Source of the DNA: Fistulifera solaris
Lineage: Eukaryota
NCBI GenBank assembly: GCA_030295235.1
Contig: AP026153.1
Span: 558,001-622,000, forward strand
Reading direction: 5' to 3'
Length of the DNA: 64,000 nucleotides
Part shown: piece by piece, positions 38,858-51,483 of the stretch
How positions within the stretch are numbered: the first letter of the stretch is position 1
Layout: every line of letters begins with the position of its first letter
Notes under the pieces: model-generated
What the model was told of the DNA's origin: nothing
Databases searched by the model: none
Seen by the model: only the letters and a program-made list of their open reading frames with translations
Translations under genes and position numbers: made by a program

Positions 38858-39733
38858 CTAGTGACTGCTGATATTAATGGACGAAAGTGTTTCCATTTTC
38901 TTCAAATCAACCAATGGTTTGCCGTCTCCCGATTCCGAATCCGTATTTTCACCCGAATGCGACTCTAAATCCAGATCCGAATCCGATACTTCCATTCGTT
39001 CCATCTGATGTTGTGCCCGTATTTTCTTCACTTCTTCCATTTTCTGGTCCAATTCTTCCATTTCCTTGCGTGTACTTTTCTTAAATAACATTTTCCGCAC
39101 GAGCGATCGACCGGCATTTTCCAACAATTCTTCAACTTTGGAATGTTTGTCCAAATTGGTGACCGTCTGTCGCCGTTGATTCTTGATTTTAATATTGGCA
39201 CGAACCGCATTCGCAATTTGGGTTTGCGACACATCCCAATCGTACCGCAACATGCGTTGCCGAATGTCACGCGGTAAGACCATTTCAAAGTGAGCCCGTC
39301 GGGGTGGTCGCATTTCTTCGTATTGATCCAACGATAGGACGGTCGATTCGGGATCGTATTCCCACGCAATGCTGTAGGAGTAGAGAATGAGAAGTGAGAT
39401 GAAGACAAGACAAGACACACTCTATACAATCAATCAGCAAGCACGGGCTTACCCAATCGGCGGACCGGCCGTACAACTCGGATTGTCCGAAAGCGTCCGC
39501 GCATATTCACGGATTTCAATATTTTGAAATTGAATGCCTTTGTTGTCGTCGCGGTGTTTATACGGATTGTGCAAACTATCATCGACCGTCGTTACTTTTA
39601 AAATTCCTTTGATCCGATTGTTGTTGCTGGAATACGTCGGAACGGATTTGCTGCGAGCCCTCACGAGCGTGATGCTCCGTGAACTCTCCATCGTCGCCGA
39701 TGCCGATTGGGCACGGCCTTTGCGACGGAACAT
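38858..39733 (-). CDS. GDNPSC family paralog 3; intron 39372-39452
   Basis: IQFQNIEIREYARTLSDNPSCTAGPPIG splices to IAW. Confidence 0.8.
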
Positions 39734-40523
39734 TGTGTGTTTGTTATGAAATATTATTTAAAAATGGTAATCAAAAATGAAATAAGGGAATAAAAGAAGA
39801 AGAGTTAAATACTGCATAGAAACGCGAACGGAGTTTAATAGAAACACATGAACAGCGTGTCGAGGCAAACGAAGGCAGCCAGCATTTTGGCGCAGCGGAA
39901 TATTTTTTTGATCTTCGCAAAAAGCATGCAACGCCAATGAAAACTCGAACCGAATGACACGCTGCGACGCTCGAGTGTGTCATTGCCTGTACCAACGATT
40001 TCGGTGTTTCCGAAAGGGCAGTAGAATAATTCAAAAACTGTTTAGACCTCCTGCGACCTACACTTCGACGCCGTGTTATTTCCTTGTTCGACGCCACTTT
40101 CGGAGCAAGAGAAAAAAGATCGCGACTTTCTTTTCTTCCCAAAACCATGGCGGAAGTTGTCCGCTCGCGTTGCGTCATCCAGTTATATCCGTCATCAAAA
40201 GCCATTGCCACGGAAAAGAGGATCCTTCCCGACAAGGTTCGACGACCATTCGTTATGCAGTGAATGGCAAATGTCACTCATCATGCATCTTTAAAAGCTT
40301 TCAATGGAAGCCAGAAGTTACGAAAGGACTGACCACGGTATAGCTCGCTCTCTCTCTAGCTCGTGACGAAAGGAGAAAATCCCGTATCCACTCTGGACTA
40401 TTATTTAGACAATGGAAAGGCAGTCGTCCGGCTCGATTTCGAGGTCAATTCTTGGAAGATGCAAAGGCAGCACAAAGACAAGAGAAGAGTTCAAGAACCA
40501 TGGAATATGCGAGAAACATCGCA

Positions 40524-40890
40524 ACGGTTGCACGATCATTGTAGCTCGTGACTGTAAATCCAGTCTTGACGAAAAACGGACAACAGTCTTTGAACGATAG
40601 CCATTTTAACGCAAATGCATCCGACCCGATTTTGGACCTTTTGAATCGAACTACCACTGCAAATGAAACTACAAAAAGCTTTCAAGTGCTTTGTTAATGA
40701 ATGTGCCAAATAAGAATGGCCATGACGTACTCGACACTTTCATAACGGTTGCAAGATCAGTGTAGCTCGTGACTGCAAATTCAGTCTTGACGAAAACGGA
40801 CAACACTTTGAACGATAGTCATTTTAACGCAAATGCATCCGACCCGATTTCGACCTTTTAGATCGAACTACCATTGCAAATGAAATTCAC
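40524..40890. repeat. Direct duplication of ~145 bp with a 221-bp period
   Basis: ACGGTTGCA.GATCA.TGTAGCTCGTGACTG...GCAAATGAAA at 40524 and 40745. Confidence 0.85.
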
Positions 40891-41249
40891 CAATGAATAG
40901 TCTTCGCAATTGGATAAGCAGAACGATAGAAGGATGAGAAAGAGCTTGACCACATGTACCGGTGCGGTGCCTCTGGCCTGTTACAAAGGACGCACGCCGA
41001 CCGTCAAATTACGCTTACTCACTCTTTTTCTTGAGCGAGCTAAAGCCCACAGCATAGATCCCTTTTAATGATATGTTTACACTGTGTTGTCGACAGAACA
41101 GGTTAGCTTCTATTCCTTGGTCATGATAATGCATTATTTATCCTTGCGAGTTCCATTCACTGGATTGTCGGCACAGCAACACATTCTACTGCTCTTCTAA
41201 AAATACTCTAACTCAAATGTTTTAATTGCATAATATATATTATAAAGAG

Positions 41250-41744
41250 CTATATTTCCTTGACTTGGGCATCCTTCGATATCGATGTCGGATCTTCAAT
41301 GCCCAGTGCTTGCAATACATCCGACAAGGACTCGACTTGACGTTGCAACGCCGCCGGCGGCTGCGCGGCCCGAATTTCTCCCGGTCGATCGACATATTCG
41401 AGAACCGCCATGTCGGCATTGTCTCCTTTGCGTCGTTGTGCCAATTTGAGGATGCGCGTGTAACCACCTTCGCGGAATTGGTACCGCGGTCCCAAGACGT
41501 TAAGTAGTTTGGTTTGTGCTTCTGCGGTTGTGACAATTTTGTTGATTTCGCGACGCGCGTGCAACGGATCGTTTCCTTTGGCTTTCGTAATGAGTTTATC
41601 GGCCAAGTAACGTGCTTCCTTGGCTTTGTGTGTGGTGGTGACGATGCGTTCGTGTTCGACGAGCGATGTCACCATGTTTTTCAACATGGCCCATTTGTGT
41701 GCCGGAGTACGACTGAGTTTGCGGAAATTAATGCCCTTGCGCAT
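41250..41744 (-). CDS. MRPL17: Bacterial-type ribosomal protein bL17 (organellar, probably mitochondrial)
   Basis: FRKLSRTPAHKWAMLKNMVTSLVEHERIVTT..KAKE, REGGYTRI, RRKGDNADMA. Confidence 0.93.
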   Translation of the reverse strand: MRKGINFRKLSRTPAHKWAMLKNMVTSLVEHERIVTTTHKAKEARYLADKLITKAKGNDPLHARREINKIVTTAEAQTKLLNVLGPRYQFREGGYTRILKLAQRRKGDNADMAVLEYVDRPGEIRAAQPPAALQRQVESLSDVLQALGIEDPTSISKDAQVKEI

Positions 41745-41928
41745 GATAATAGTATTAAATAATGACAATAGTTAATATTGAAGTGAAACACAAGAAGCTG
41801 TATGACTTGGATCATTGTGAAATGCGTTGATCGGCGGGGATATGGTGCTCTTTTTATTCATCGCGTTATTGCGCGTGACGCTAGATTGACGGGTGACGGT
41901 AGGACTGACAACGACAACTGACAACAGC

Positions 41929-43021
41929 AAATTCACTATAGGATGAAAGTGATGGTTCAAGCAATCCTTGACTGAACTTGAGTCACGATCGACATACGAA
42001 AATCGGCAACAATGAAGTCCACAAATGCTAACATTAAGTGTATGATCGATTGCATTGGTATTGACGGTGATGTTACGAAATATCTTCATTATTCAAAACG
42101 CAATGTATCGTTTCTAGGATCCGAAAAGCTTTCGCATGGATCACAGGAAAATTCACTATAGGATGAAAGTGATGGTTCAAGCAATCCTTGACTGAACTTG
42201 AGTCACGATCGAAATACGAAAATCGGCAACAATGAAGTCCACAAATGCTAACATTAAGTGTATGATCGATTGCATTGATATTGACGGTGATGTTACGAAA
42301 TATCATCATCATTTAAAACGCAATGTATCGCTTCTTGGATACGAAAAGCTTTCGCATCGATCACCGGCAAATTCACTATAGGATGAAAGTGATGGTTCAA
42401 GCAATCCTTGACTGAACTTGAGTCACGATCGAAATACGAAAATCGGCAACAATGAAGTCCACAAATGCTAACATTAAGTGTATGATCGATTGCATTGGTA
42501 TTGACGGTGATGTTACGAAATATCTTCATTATTCAAAACGCAATGTATCGTTTCTTGGATCCGAAAAGCTTTCGCATCGATCACCGGCAAATTCACTATA
42601 GGATGAAAGTGATGGTTCAAGCAATCCTTGACTGAACTTGAGTCACGATCGAAATACGAAAATCGGCAACAATGAAGTCCACAAATGCTAACATTAAGTG
42701 TATGATCGATTGCATTGATATTGACGGTGATGTTACGAAATATCATCATCATTTAAAACGCAATGTATCGCTTCTTGGATACGAAAAGCTTTCGCATCGA
42801 TCACCGGCAAATTCACTATAGGATGAAAGTGATGGTTCAAGCAATCCTTGACTGAACTTGAGTCACGATCGAAATACGAAAATCGGCAACAATGAAGTCC
42901 ACAAATGCTAACATTAAGTGTATGATCGATTGCATTGGTATTGACGGTGATGTTACGAAATATCTTCATTATTCAAAACGCAATGTATCGTTTCTTGGAT
43001 CCGAAAAGCTTTCGCATCGAT
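41929..43021. repeat. Tandem array of 5 x 220 bp with ABABA (440-bp higher-order) structure
   Basis: ATTCACTATAGG at 41931, 42151, 42371, 42591 and 42811; diagnostic variants alternate between units. Confidence 0.97.
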
Positions 43022-43364
43022 TTATCGTCGAAAAGCCTTGCGAAACGTTGTCTTTCCGTATTTAGGTCTACTATACGGATCGAAGTGTCGTCCGTTTTTC
43101 GCCACGACTGCACTTCAGTCATGAATCATTATTCTTTCGAGCTTCGAGCGACAATGTCACCTACAAGTACAATTCATTCGCTCAAGCAGATATTCTTGAG
43201 CCACATTAGCCGCTGTTGCAATGAAAAATCCTTAGCAGCGTATGCGTTACACTTTATATTTTGATAAAAAGTCTTGCGAAACGTTGCCTTCCATTTACTA
43301 TGGACAACGAAATCTCTATAGACCCATGGTAATGGTTCTCGGAGACCACGACTTCATTCAGTAT

Positions 43365-43650
43365 ACCAAGTTTTTCTGGATGCGTGGATACACCACACCA
43401 CCTGATCGCATTCGACAAAAGAGCGGCGCGATGAGAGAGATGTGAAAATACCACTCGCCCCAGATTTTCAGGACACGGACCACTCCCCCAGATTTTCTGG
43501 ATACGTCAAAATACCACTCGCCCAGATTTTCGGGACAATACAAAATACCGATCTCCCAGATTTTCTGGGAACGTGAAAACACCAATCGCTCAGATTTTCT
43601 GGACACGTCAAAATTTTACTCCCCCAGATTTTTTGGATACGTCAAAATAC
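43365..43650. repeat. 34-bp minisatellite with a CCAGATTTTCTGG core
   Basis: CAG cores at 43489, 43523, 43557, 43591 and 43625 (exact 34-bp period), plus one at 43461. Confidence 0.9.
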
Positions 43651-43811
43651 CTTGCAAAATATTGGTACCGCTTAAACACTGTGACATTATAATTGAAAAA
43701 TTCACGTTTTCATTCTTCTCGACTGGATCCGATTGCAACAACCTTCCTTCTTAGCCGACACATTCGTTCCTATTCTTATCTTTTAATAGCTCAACATACC
43801 AATAGAACAGA

Positions 43812-44900
43812 ATGCAATCTGTTTTGCAAATAGCTGATGCGATAGTGCGGTCCATTGCATCACTCGTCGTGATAGGAATCGGAATGAACGCTCAAGCGGT
43901 TTTGACGGTGATACCGTCTCCCATTATGGCCTTGTGTGGAGGTTTTATTGCCTTTGTGTGGATTATTCCCACCTTCTGGACGTGTTTTGTATTTGGTATT
44001 TTCGGGACGCCACATTCTTGGAAACGTATTCTACAGAGTTTTCAAAACCAAAATTCTGTCACACAAAATGGAGTTTCAAGTATTTTCACCATTTTCACAA
44101 CTCTTTGGCAAGCCCTCGTGTTTCGACCCTTCCATTGCCCTAAGAAACTCCGTGCAGTTCTTCCGCAATGGGTCATTCCGCTTCTTTTTCGAGAAAAACC
44201 CATCGTGATTCCTCCCATCATCACTTCGTCCACTACGGTTCGCAATGAATACTGGATTTTGGTGAACGGTTTAGGAACCAATTTAGCAATGGCACAACAA
44301 AGTCAAGAAAGAATACAGCGACTCTTTGGGAGACCCTGTTGGTTGTATTACCATCCCACCAACAGTCTTTGGTTCGATTTGCTTTCGAGGTTTGTCGGGG
44401 ATCGGCTGGGATGGACGACCCCTTCACAACAGCCACTCTTGTTTCAAGCACTGCACAATGCCATTGTTCAAGCGGCAGCGGGACGCTACGAGCGTGTGGT
44501 ACTCATCACACACGCATCGGAAGTGAGTGTCACACTACAAAGTTTACACGACATGGACCCCCATTTTGCGCATCTGTTGCAACGATTTTTGGAAGTTTAT
44601 ACATTCGGTGGACCCACGATTCCCCACGTGGGAGCGTATTTGGAACATTTGGTCAATGAGAGAGATGCGGTGGCGTGGTTGGGAGTGTCGTTTCCGTATC
44701 CGCGGTTTTGGAAGAATGTGCGTGGGACGGCGATACCCGTCCACGGACGAATTTGCAAAGAACCCGAGCAGTGGGGACATATGTTACAAGCACACTATTT
44801 AGAGCCCATGATTGAAAAGGGGGCCTTTCGGTCCAGTCGGTTACATGCGTTCCGAAATGGACAAGCAGGAACGCGGGTCTTTCAACTGAATTCGTCCTAG
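43812..44900 (+). CDS. Membrane-anchored alpha/beta-hydrolase-fold-like protein, possibly catalytically inactive
   Basis: N-terminal TM segments; WILVNG, LFGRP...HPT, VVLITH, LEVYTFG, EHLVNERDAVA, GHMLQAHYL. Confidence 0.6.
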   Translation: MQSVLQIADAIVRSIASLVVIGIGMNAQAVLTVIPSPIMALCGGFIAFVWIIPTFWTCFVFGIFGTPHSWKRILQSFQNQNSVTQNGVSSIFTIFTTLWQALVFRPFHCPKKLRAVLPQWVIPLLFREKPIVIPPIITSSTTVRNEYWILVNGLGTNLAMAQQSQERIQRLFGRPCWLYYHPTNSLWFDLLSRFVGDRLGWTTPSQQPLLFQALHNAIVQAAAGRYERVVLITHASEVSVTLQSLHDMDPHFAHLLQRFLEVYTFGGPTIPHVGAYLEHLVNERDAVAWLGVSFPYPRFWKNVRGTAIPVHGRICKEPEQWGHMLQAHYLEPMIEKGAFRSSRLHAFRNGQAGTRVFQLNSS

Positions 44901-46071
44901 TAGAATAGACATGATAGTATTCCGACGATCATTAATTCAACCATTTGAAACACGCAATGTTTCTTTCTGGGTATTTCAAAAGCGTTAATTGGAGGCAATG
45001 AGCAAGTCCTGTCACCGGACTTGAAACATAGGCTAGAGGAGAACCGGGAATGTGGCTGGCGCTCAAATGAGGCGGAAACGTGGTGAAACGTAACCTTGTT
45101 GTAGTGATGCAATCAGCGGATTGACGTTATTCACAACTAATCGATCCTCAATGTCAAACGATATCATAGAAAATTATTATTTCTAAAAAGTGATATAACA
45201 TCCATGGGTAGGCATCGTCAGTGCCACAATCAATAGTTTCCACTTCCATTTCCGGGACTGAACGTTTAGTTGAGTCGGGTCTCCTGAAGTCCTCTCTTTC
45301 CGCTATAGTAAAAATCGATGAGATTCGATGAAATGATAAAAGAAGCTTATTCCTTGCTACAGCACGTTGAGCATCGACCCAACGATACCTGGTACACAAA
45401 TATATTAATAACATTACTTGATAGCATGCGCTGCTCTATAAAGTGTCTTACTTCGCCGAACATGGTAGCCCAAATACGGGACTGAAGCCAAACTGAGTCG
45501 GGTTTTGGTAGAACCAACACTTTACTTCATAGTAAAAATTGGTTCGAATCTACCTGAAATGAAATGCAATTAATGTCTAATCTTTGACAGACTTTAGTAA
45601 TTGGCAACACCCGACACTTTTGATACGTTCCTCATGCGTAGAGTATCGCCAGTGTCTTTAAACGATACGGTCAAAATTTCTAGAGCTCCGTATTTTTTTA
45701 GTTTCAGATAGGTAATGTCGCAGCAGTACCGATATTTATTGGTTTGTACATACGACTGACATGGAGTATTGCTTAAGAAGTTCATCCTAAATATTTTCCT
45801 CAACGTCAACGAACGGTGATATTTTATATAGTTGTCTCATTGGCTCGTTGTCGGTTGAGACAGGACAAACTTTGAATACGTAGACTGAAGTGTACTCCAA
45901 CATCCGTCGCATTTGTTGGAGGAAACGGTTGAAGAAGATGGAAGGAAAAAATGGCGCACCCGGAACCCAAAAATGGCAGGCGATCGCACCTCGATGGTTC
46001 CATTTCATTCGTCCTGGATTCATTCCACGAGTGTATGCGTTTCCTTCTAACACAACAATTATATCTAAAGC

Positions 46072-48501
46072 ATGACGGAGGAGAATCACATTATCAAGAA
46101 ACCACAAGAAGCTCCCGGCGAATTACCGTCTCGTTCTTGGGAGGAGGAAGAAGAACCGAAAAACGACGCCGAAGAAGAAGATGTCAACGACGATGACGAT
46201 GAAGATTCCTCCTTTGGTCCTCCTCCACCGCCACCGCCTCTCACGCCGCATCCGGAAGATACTTTGAATTATACGATCGCCAGTGATAGCTTATTTTACG
46301 ATGAAGAATCACCTCGAAAGACGGATCCTCCACAAGTGTCTCCCTATTCGAAAGACAGTGAATACAATTACGATAATGATATAGACGACGATAGTGTGCC
46401 TCCCGGCGCACCCGCAATAGATTGGGAAGAAGATCAATCGGTCGAAATCCCTCCGACCAAAGTCGTCCAGCGGTGGGAGAAAAAAGAAAAACGCAGAAAA
46501 AAGTTGTTGCGACAAGATAAAAATTACTTTGCGGCCAAAGCAATTGCTTCGGTGGCGTGTTGTTTAATCGTTTTGGTCATTATTTTGACCGCAGGATTTG
46601 GTTCCGGGGCCTTTCAAAAAGACGACGAACCAAGCAGTGCGGTAATTCCTCCGCCGACGATGACCACAGCACCGACCGTGTCTCCACCGTTCGAAACCCC
46701 GGTGGCGCCTCCCGTGGACAACAATTCGACCGTCAATCGCCCTTCGGCACTGCAAGATCTCTTGGTCTCAGCCAGTTACAACCCCGACGCCTTTGCGGAT
46801 GTTCAGAGCGCCGAATCACTGGCGGCCAACTGGCTCATTGTCTCGGATCCATTGCAATTGGATCCAACGAAAGATCAGTTCCGTATTCAACAACGATACG
46901 CGTTGTTGACGCAGTATTTTGCCGCCGATGGCTCGTGGAGCAATGAAGAAGGCTGGTTGACGGCGGAAGATGAATGTACTTGGTACGGTGTGCAGTGTGA
47001 GGAGGTCGGTGGAGGCACTGCTCGGAATGCCGTCGTCACGGTCAATTTTGCCGCCAACAATGTTGGCAGGATTACACCCGATATCGCCATGCTGACGAAT
47101 GTGACAACATTGAATTTGACGGGTAATCCGTGGGAAGGTGGTTTCCCGACAGCTATCACGAATATGCCACAGCTCCGCAGTCTCGACTTGGAAAACTTGG
47201 GTCTCACGGACGATATATCGTCCATCGACTTTTCCGTCTTTCCCAATATGGAAGTACTTCGCTTGCGAGGAAACTTTTTACAAGGAACATTGAATTCGTT
47301 CTACTCCATGACCAATCTCGTGGAAGTGCAAGCCTCCGGTGGCAACAATCTGACTCTGGCCATTAACTCGAGTATTGTCAATTTGGCGAAATTGCAAACT
47401 TTGAATCTCAATGGATGCCCTATAACTGGCGGATTGGTGTCAGAAATCGGTGCGCTGACGGCCTTGACGACCATTGACCTCGGACGGCCGGCACCATCCA
47501 ACACGGTCGGTTTGACGGGGCCCATTCCTGCCAGTATCAATCAACTGACACAACTCGCCACACTCGACTTGTCCAGTAATCTATTGACGGGAGCGATTCC
47601 GGACATGACGGGTGTCCCGCTGCAGATTTTGCGTTTGAGTAACAATAATTTCGGTCAAGCCGCGATTCCAGATTCGATTTACACGTTGACAGGTCTTGTT
47701 GAATTGAATATGGCCAATTGCAAGCTCATTGGTAGTATCGGCACTGGCATCGGTAGTTTAACGTCACTTCGCATATTGGCGCTCGATGCAAATTTCCTCA
47801 GTGGCGCTCTTCCGGACGCAATGGACCAACTGTTCCAATTGCAAAGCTTGACTTTGCGCTTGAACATGTTCGAAACGGCGATACCCGCTTCTTGGACGAG
47901 TCTTGTCAATCTTCAAATATTCGACCTACAAAACAGCAGAATCATTGGTCCCATTCCCGGCAACATAGGCAGCATGGCAAGTCTGCGCGAACTACGCTTG
48001 TCCGAGAATCGAATCACCGGTGCGATACCTGGTTCGCTCACGCAGCTGGTGTTGCTGGAGGAATTGGAGCTAAATACCAATGCACTGACAGGCGGAATAC
48101 CGTTCGATATCGGGTCTCTCGTCAATCTCCGCATTTTGAGACTGCACGACAACACTCGCGCAGTGATTCCTGGTTCCGGGCTGGTAGGCCAACTCCCTTC
48201 TTCGCTCGGTGGATTGACCAACTTGCTCGAGTTCGAAATCTACGACAACTTCATGAGTGGTCCGCTCCCGTGGGAAATGGGAAGTCTAGTCAATCTTCAG
48301 CTTTTGGATGTTGAATTCAATTTATTCACTGGTTTGGTACCCGATTCTTTTGCGGGCCTGTCGTCTTTGCAAAGTTTTTATCTTTCGGGAAACAACTTTA
48401 CCGCCGGCGCCGTTTTACCCGAGTCTCTATGCTCCATCCCGAATCTGGACTTGGTCTCCGACTGCGACGTGACGAATTCTTGTAGTCGATGTCCCAGCTA
48501 A
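46072..48501 (+). CDS. Single-pass leucine-rich-repeat receptor-like protein
   Basis: Acidic/Pro-rich N-terminus, a TM segment, a QRYAL...ECTWYGVQC cap, and many LxxLxLxxNxLxGxIP repeats. Confidence 0.9.
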   Translation: MTEENHIIKKPQEAPGELPSRSWEEEEEPKNDAEEEDVNDDDDEDSSFGPPPPPPPLTPHPEDTLNYTIASDSLFYDEESPRKTDPPQVSPYSKDSEYNYDNDIDDDSVPPGAPAIDWEEDQSVEIPPTKVVQRWEKKEKRRKKLLRQDKNYFAAKAIASVACCLIVLVIILTAGFGSGAFQKDDEPSSAVIPPPTMTTAPTVSPPFETPVAPPVDNNSTVNRPSALQDLLVSASYNPDAFADVQSAESLAANWLIVSDPLQLDPTKDQFRIQQRYALLTQYFAADGSWSNEEGWLTAEDECTWYGVQCEEVGGGTARNAVVTVNFAANNVGRITPDIAMLTNVTTLNLTGNPWEGGFPTAITNMPQLRSLDLENLGLTDDISSIDFSVFPNMEVLRLRGNFLQGTLNSFYSMTNLVEVQASGGNNLTLAINSSIVNLAKLQTLNLNGCPITGGLVSEIGALTALTTIDLGRPAPSNTVGLTGPIPASINQLTQLATLDLSSNLLTGAIPDMTGVPLQILRLSNNNFGQAAIPDSIYTLTGLVELNMANCKLIGSIGTGIGSLTSLRILALDANFLSGALPDAMDQLFQLQSLTLRLNMFETAIPASWTSLVNLQIFDLQNSRIIGPIPGNIGSMASLRELRLSENRITGAIPGSLTQLVLLEELELNTNALTGGIPFDIGSLVNLRILRLHDNTRAVIPGSGLVGQLPSSLGGLTNLLEFEIYDNFMSGPLPWEMGSLVNLQLLDVEFNLFTGLVPDSFAGLSSLQSFYLSGNNFTAGAVLPESLCSIPNLDLVSDCDVTNSCSRCPS

Positions 48502-49095
48502 TCTTTCGAATTCTGCAAACGTATCTGTATCATCTCTTGTAATGCACCTTGGAAAGCTTCTGATTCCATCACAACTTGTTTTTCCATTCCATTAATAACG
48601 CTAATCATCGTGCGAAGTAAAAGCAAACAATTTATTAAGACGAAGCTCAAATCGACCGTAGAATGAATAATGTCATTTGAAGATCCTAGTTAAATCGCGT
48701 TAAATGTATAATATTTTTCTCTCTCTAGCTAGAGAAAAGACCCGAGTGACGCCGAACGATACTCGTGACTCCACACCTACTCCGCTTTGGAGACTTTTCA
48801 TAATTATTGCTCGGCACGAACACGCAATTACTTTTGGATGGAGTCTCAAATGAGCTGTATGCGTCATAAAGTACTAAATTTTTCATTTGCGTTTGCGCAT
48901 TTTTTGCGCGGCTTGCGACGAGGCGGCATTTTGCCTCGATCTTCGTCCGTTCGGTTTGCCTCACGATGACCTGCGCATTTTTCCATTCACAAACAAACAA
49001 GTATCGAAAGCTACAACAGCAGACTACGGAGTATTAGACTGTGTTGTTACTCTTCCTCTCTTGTTTTGTAATCAATTGGTAGTTCAGAGAAGGAA

Positions 49096-51303
49096 AATGA
49101 ACATTTTTATTCGTCTTTTGACTTTCACAGCTCTGCTGTCGGTCTCCCTTGCCGTCGAGCCGAAAAAGCTTCCGTCCTCGACGATTCTCAAGCAGGCCGG
49201 TTTAAAGGAAAATACTATTAAAAAGATTGAAACTGGCAAGCGATTGAACCGCACGGAACGAAAAGAAATTAAAGATGCCGAGAAAGCCCGCTACATTGAG
49301 CTCCGCAATGCCGGAGCCGATGAAGTCAGCAACACGGAAGAATCGATCGCTTTGCGCAATTACAAATTGAAAAATAAGAAGCGTAAAGGCCTTATTCGTA
49401 AGCGAGAAGCTACTTTGGCCGATATCTTGTTTCCGGGCGTTGCCGCGCAAGATTACGTTATCGGAGAGCCCATTGCCGTCTACACGGACGTTGTCGAATC
49501 TCGAAAACGTCCCGTTCCCTATGACTATTATGACTTGCCCGGATGCTCGCCTCCGATTGAGCCGGAATTCCGCAAAAGGTCCGCATGCGCAAAAATCTTG
49601 GTATGCGTTTGCAAGGCCGTGATCTCAAGGTCGCGCCCTTTGATTTCCGGGTCAAGAAGAACATGGGGTGCACTCCCATGTGCTCGCACGTTTTGGATTC
49701 CAAGAAGATGCGCTGGATGCGTCGGCTCATTGCCGCGCAGTACCGAGTGCAATTGGAGTTGGATCAACTTCCGGTTCTCATGCGCAGTAAGGACTACAAC
49801 TACGCCGTCCGCGGTTACCCTCTCGGTTTCATCGCACCCGAAAACTTTCACGGTTTGCGTCCGGGCGAGTATTATCTCTTCAATCATTTGCGCTTTGTTG
49901 TCACGTACCACGAAGATCCTGCGGAATTCACGGGTGTCCGTATTACGGGATTTGATGTACACCCCGTGTCGGTCAAGCACCAATTTGCGGAAGGCCAAGT
50001 CTCCGAAGTGACGGGTGGGCGGCAAGTGCCACCGTTGACGACTTGCAACGGTCTCGTCGACAACGACCCGGCCATGTACTTGGAATTGAAAACTCAGGGA
50101 GGTGGCTTACGAGTGGTGTATTCCTATGAAGTGGAATGGATCGAGTCCGAGTTGCCCTGGAGTGATCGTTGGGATGTGTACTTGATTGGAACACCGGACG
50201 ACGAGTTGCATTACTTTAGCATCGTCAACTCGTTGATGATTGTTCTTTTCTGACAGGAGCCATCAGTACCATCATGATCCGAACGCTCAAGAAAGACATT
50301 GCAACCTACAGTGAGATGGACGCACTGGAAGATGGCATGGAAGAGACCGGTTGGAAGTTGGTCCATGGAGATGTGTTTCGCCCTCCACAATTCAATCCCA
50401 TGCTTTTGTGTGTGCTGGTGGGAAATGGTGGACAAATTGGCGCCGCATTTGGTCTCAGTATGCTAGCGGGTGTTCTCAAAATGCTCAATCCCATGCAGAA
50501 GGGTCAAACTTTGACGTGTCTTATCATTCTTTACGTCTTGTGCGGAAGCGTGTCGGGATACACCAGTGCTCGCTTGTACAAGTACATGGATGGAAAACGC
50601 TGGAAAATAAACATCATTTTGACGGCCGTCGGATTACCGGGAATTCTTGTGTCGATCTTCATTTTTCTGAATATTTGGTTGAGCTTCGCTGGGGCCGCCA
50701 CTGCTGTCAGTATTTTCACTATCATCAAGCTGTTTCTTCTCTGGGCACTCGTTTCCACACCGCTTGTTTTCCTTGGAGGCTTTATCGGATTCAAGGTCGA
50801 TCGCATCGAAGTCCCTTGCAAGGTCAATCAGATTGCTCGGGTAGTACCTCTGGTACCGTGGCACGTGCAACCACACGCCACTTTTTTCATGGGTGGTATT
50901 TTGCCGTTTGGAAGTGTTTGCATCGAACTGGCTTTCATCATGAGCGCCTTGTGGCTGCACCAAATCTATTACGTCTTGGGCTTCTTGCTGATTGTCTGGC
51001 TCATTCTAGTTGCAACATGCGCTCAAGTTTCTATTGTCCTCACCTATTTGCAGCTATGTGCGGAAGATCACCGCTGGTGGTGGAACTCGTTTTGCAATGT
51101 TCCTCTGCGGGTTTGTACCTGTTCCTTTACAGCTTGTACTTTTGGTCAGCCGTCTGGAAATGGTTGGAGTGTTGCCGGTCGTTATATATTTGACATACAT
51201 GGGCATGATTAGTTTGTGCTTTGCTTTGGTTTGCGGTAGCGTGGGTTTCTTATCCGCATTCTGGTTCACCAAAACGATCTACTCGGCGGTCAAGATTGAT
51301 TAA
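49096..51303 (+). CDS. TM9SF: Nonaspanin/TM9SF (EMP70) family protein; several probable frameshifts (~49578, ~50248, ~51100-51145)
   Basis: FNHLRF, WSDRWDVYL, HYFSIVNS, EETGWKLVHGDVFRPP, GGILPFG, EDHRWWW, C-terminal IYSAVKID. Confidence 0.92.
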
Positions 51304-51483
51304 ATCAGCCATTTAATATCACTATATAGCATTTATTACCAGGCGACGCTATTGAATATCCTAGTCCCTGGACAATCAATTATGTACGAAGAGACTCTCG
51401 AGTAAATGTGTTATGAGGAACTCATCCATTGAAAGCGAGAGCTAAGAGGCGCTGCAATGTGCTGCATGCAGCAATGAATTGAT

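Noticed and set aside
41772..42969. Five near-identical 78-105 aa minus-strand ORFs
   Set aside because: By-product of the 220-bp tandem repeat (not a multiple of 3); no recognisable protein features.
40546..43125. bL17 captured inside a Pack-type transposon bounded by inverted motif copies
   Set aside because: Inverted similarity is limited to the ~55-bp dispersed motif and no TSD was found.
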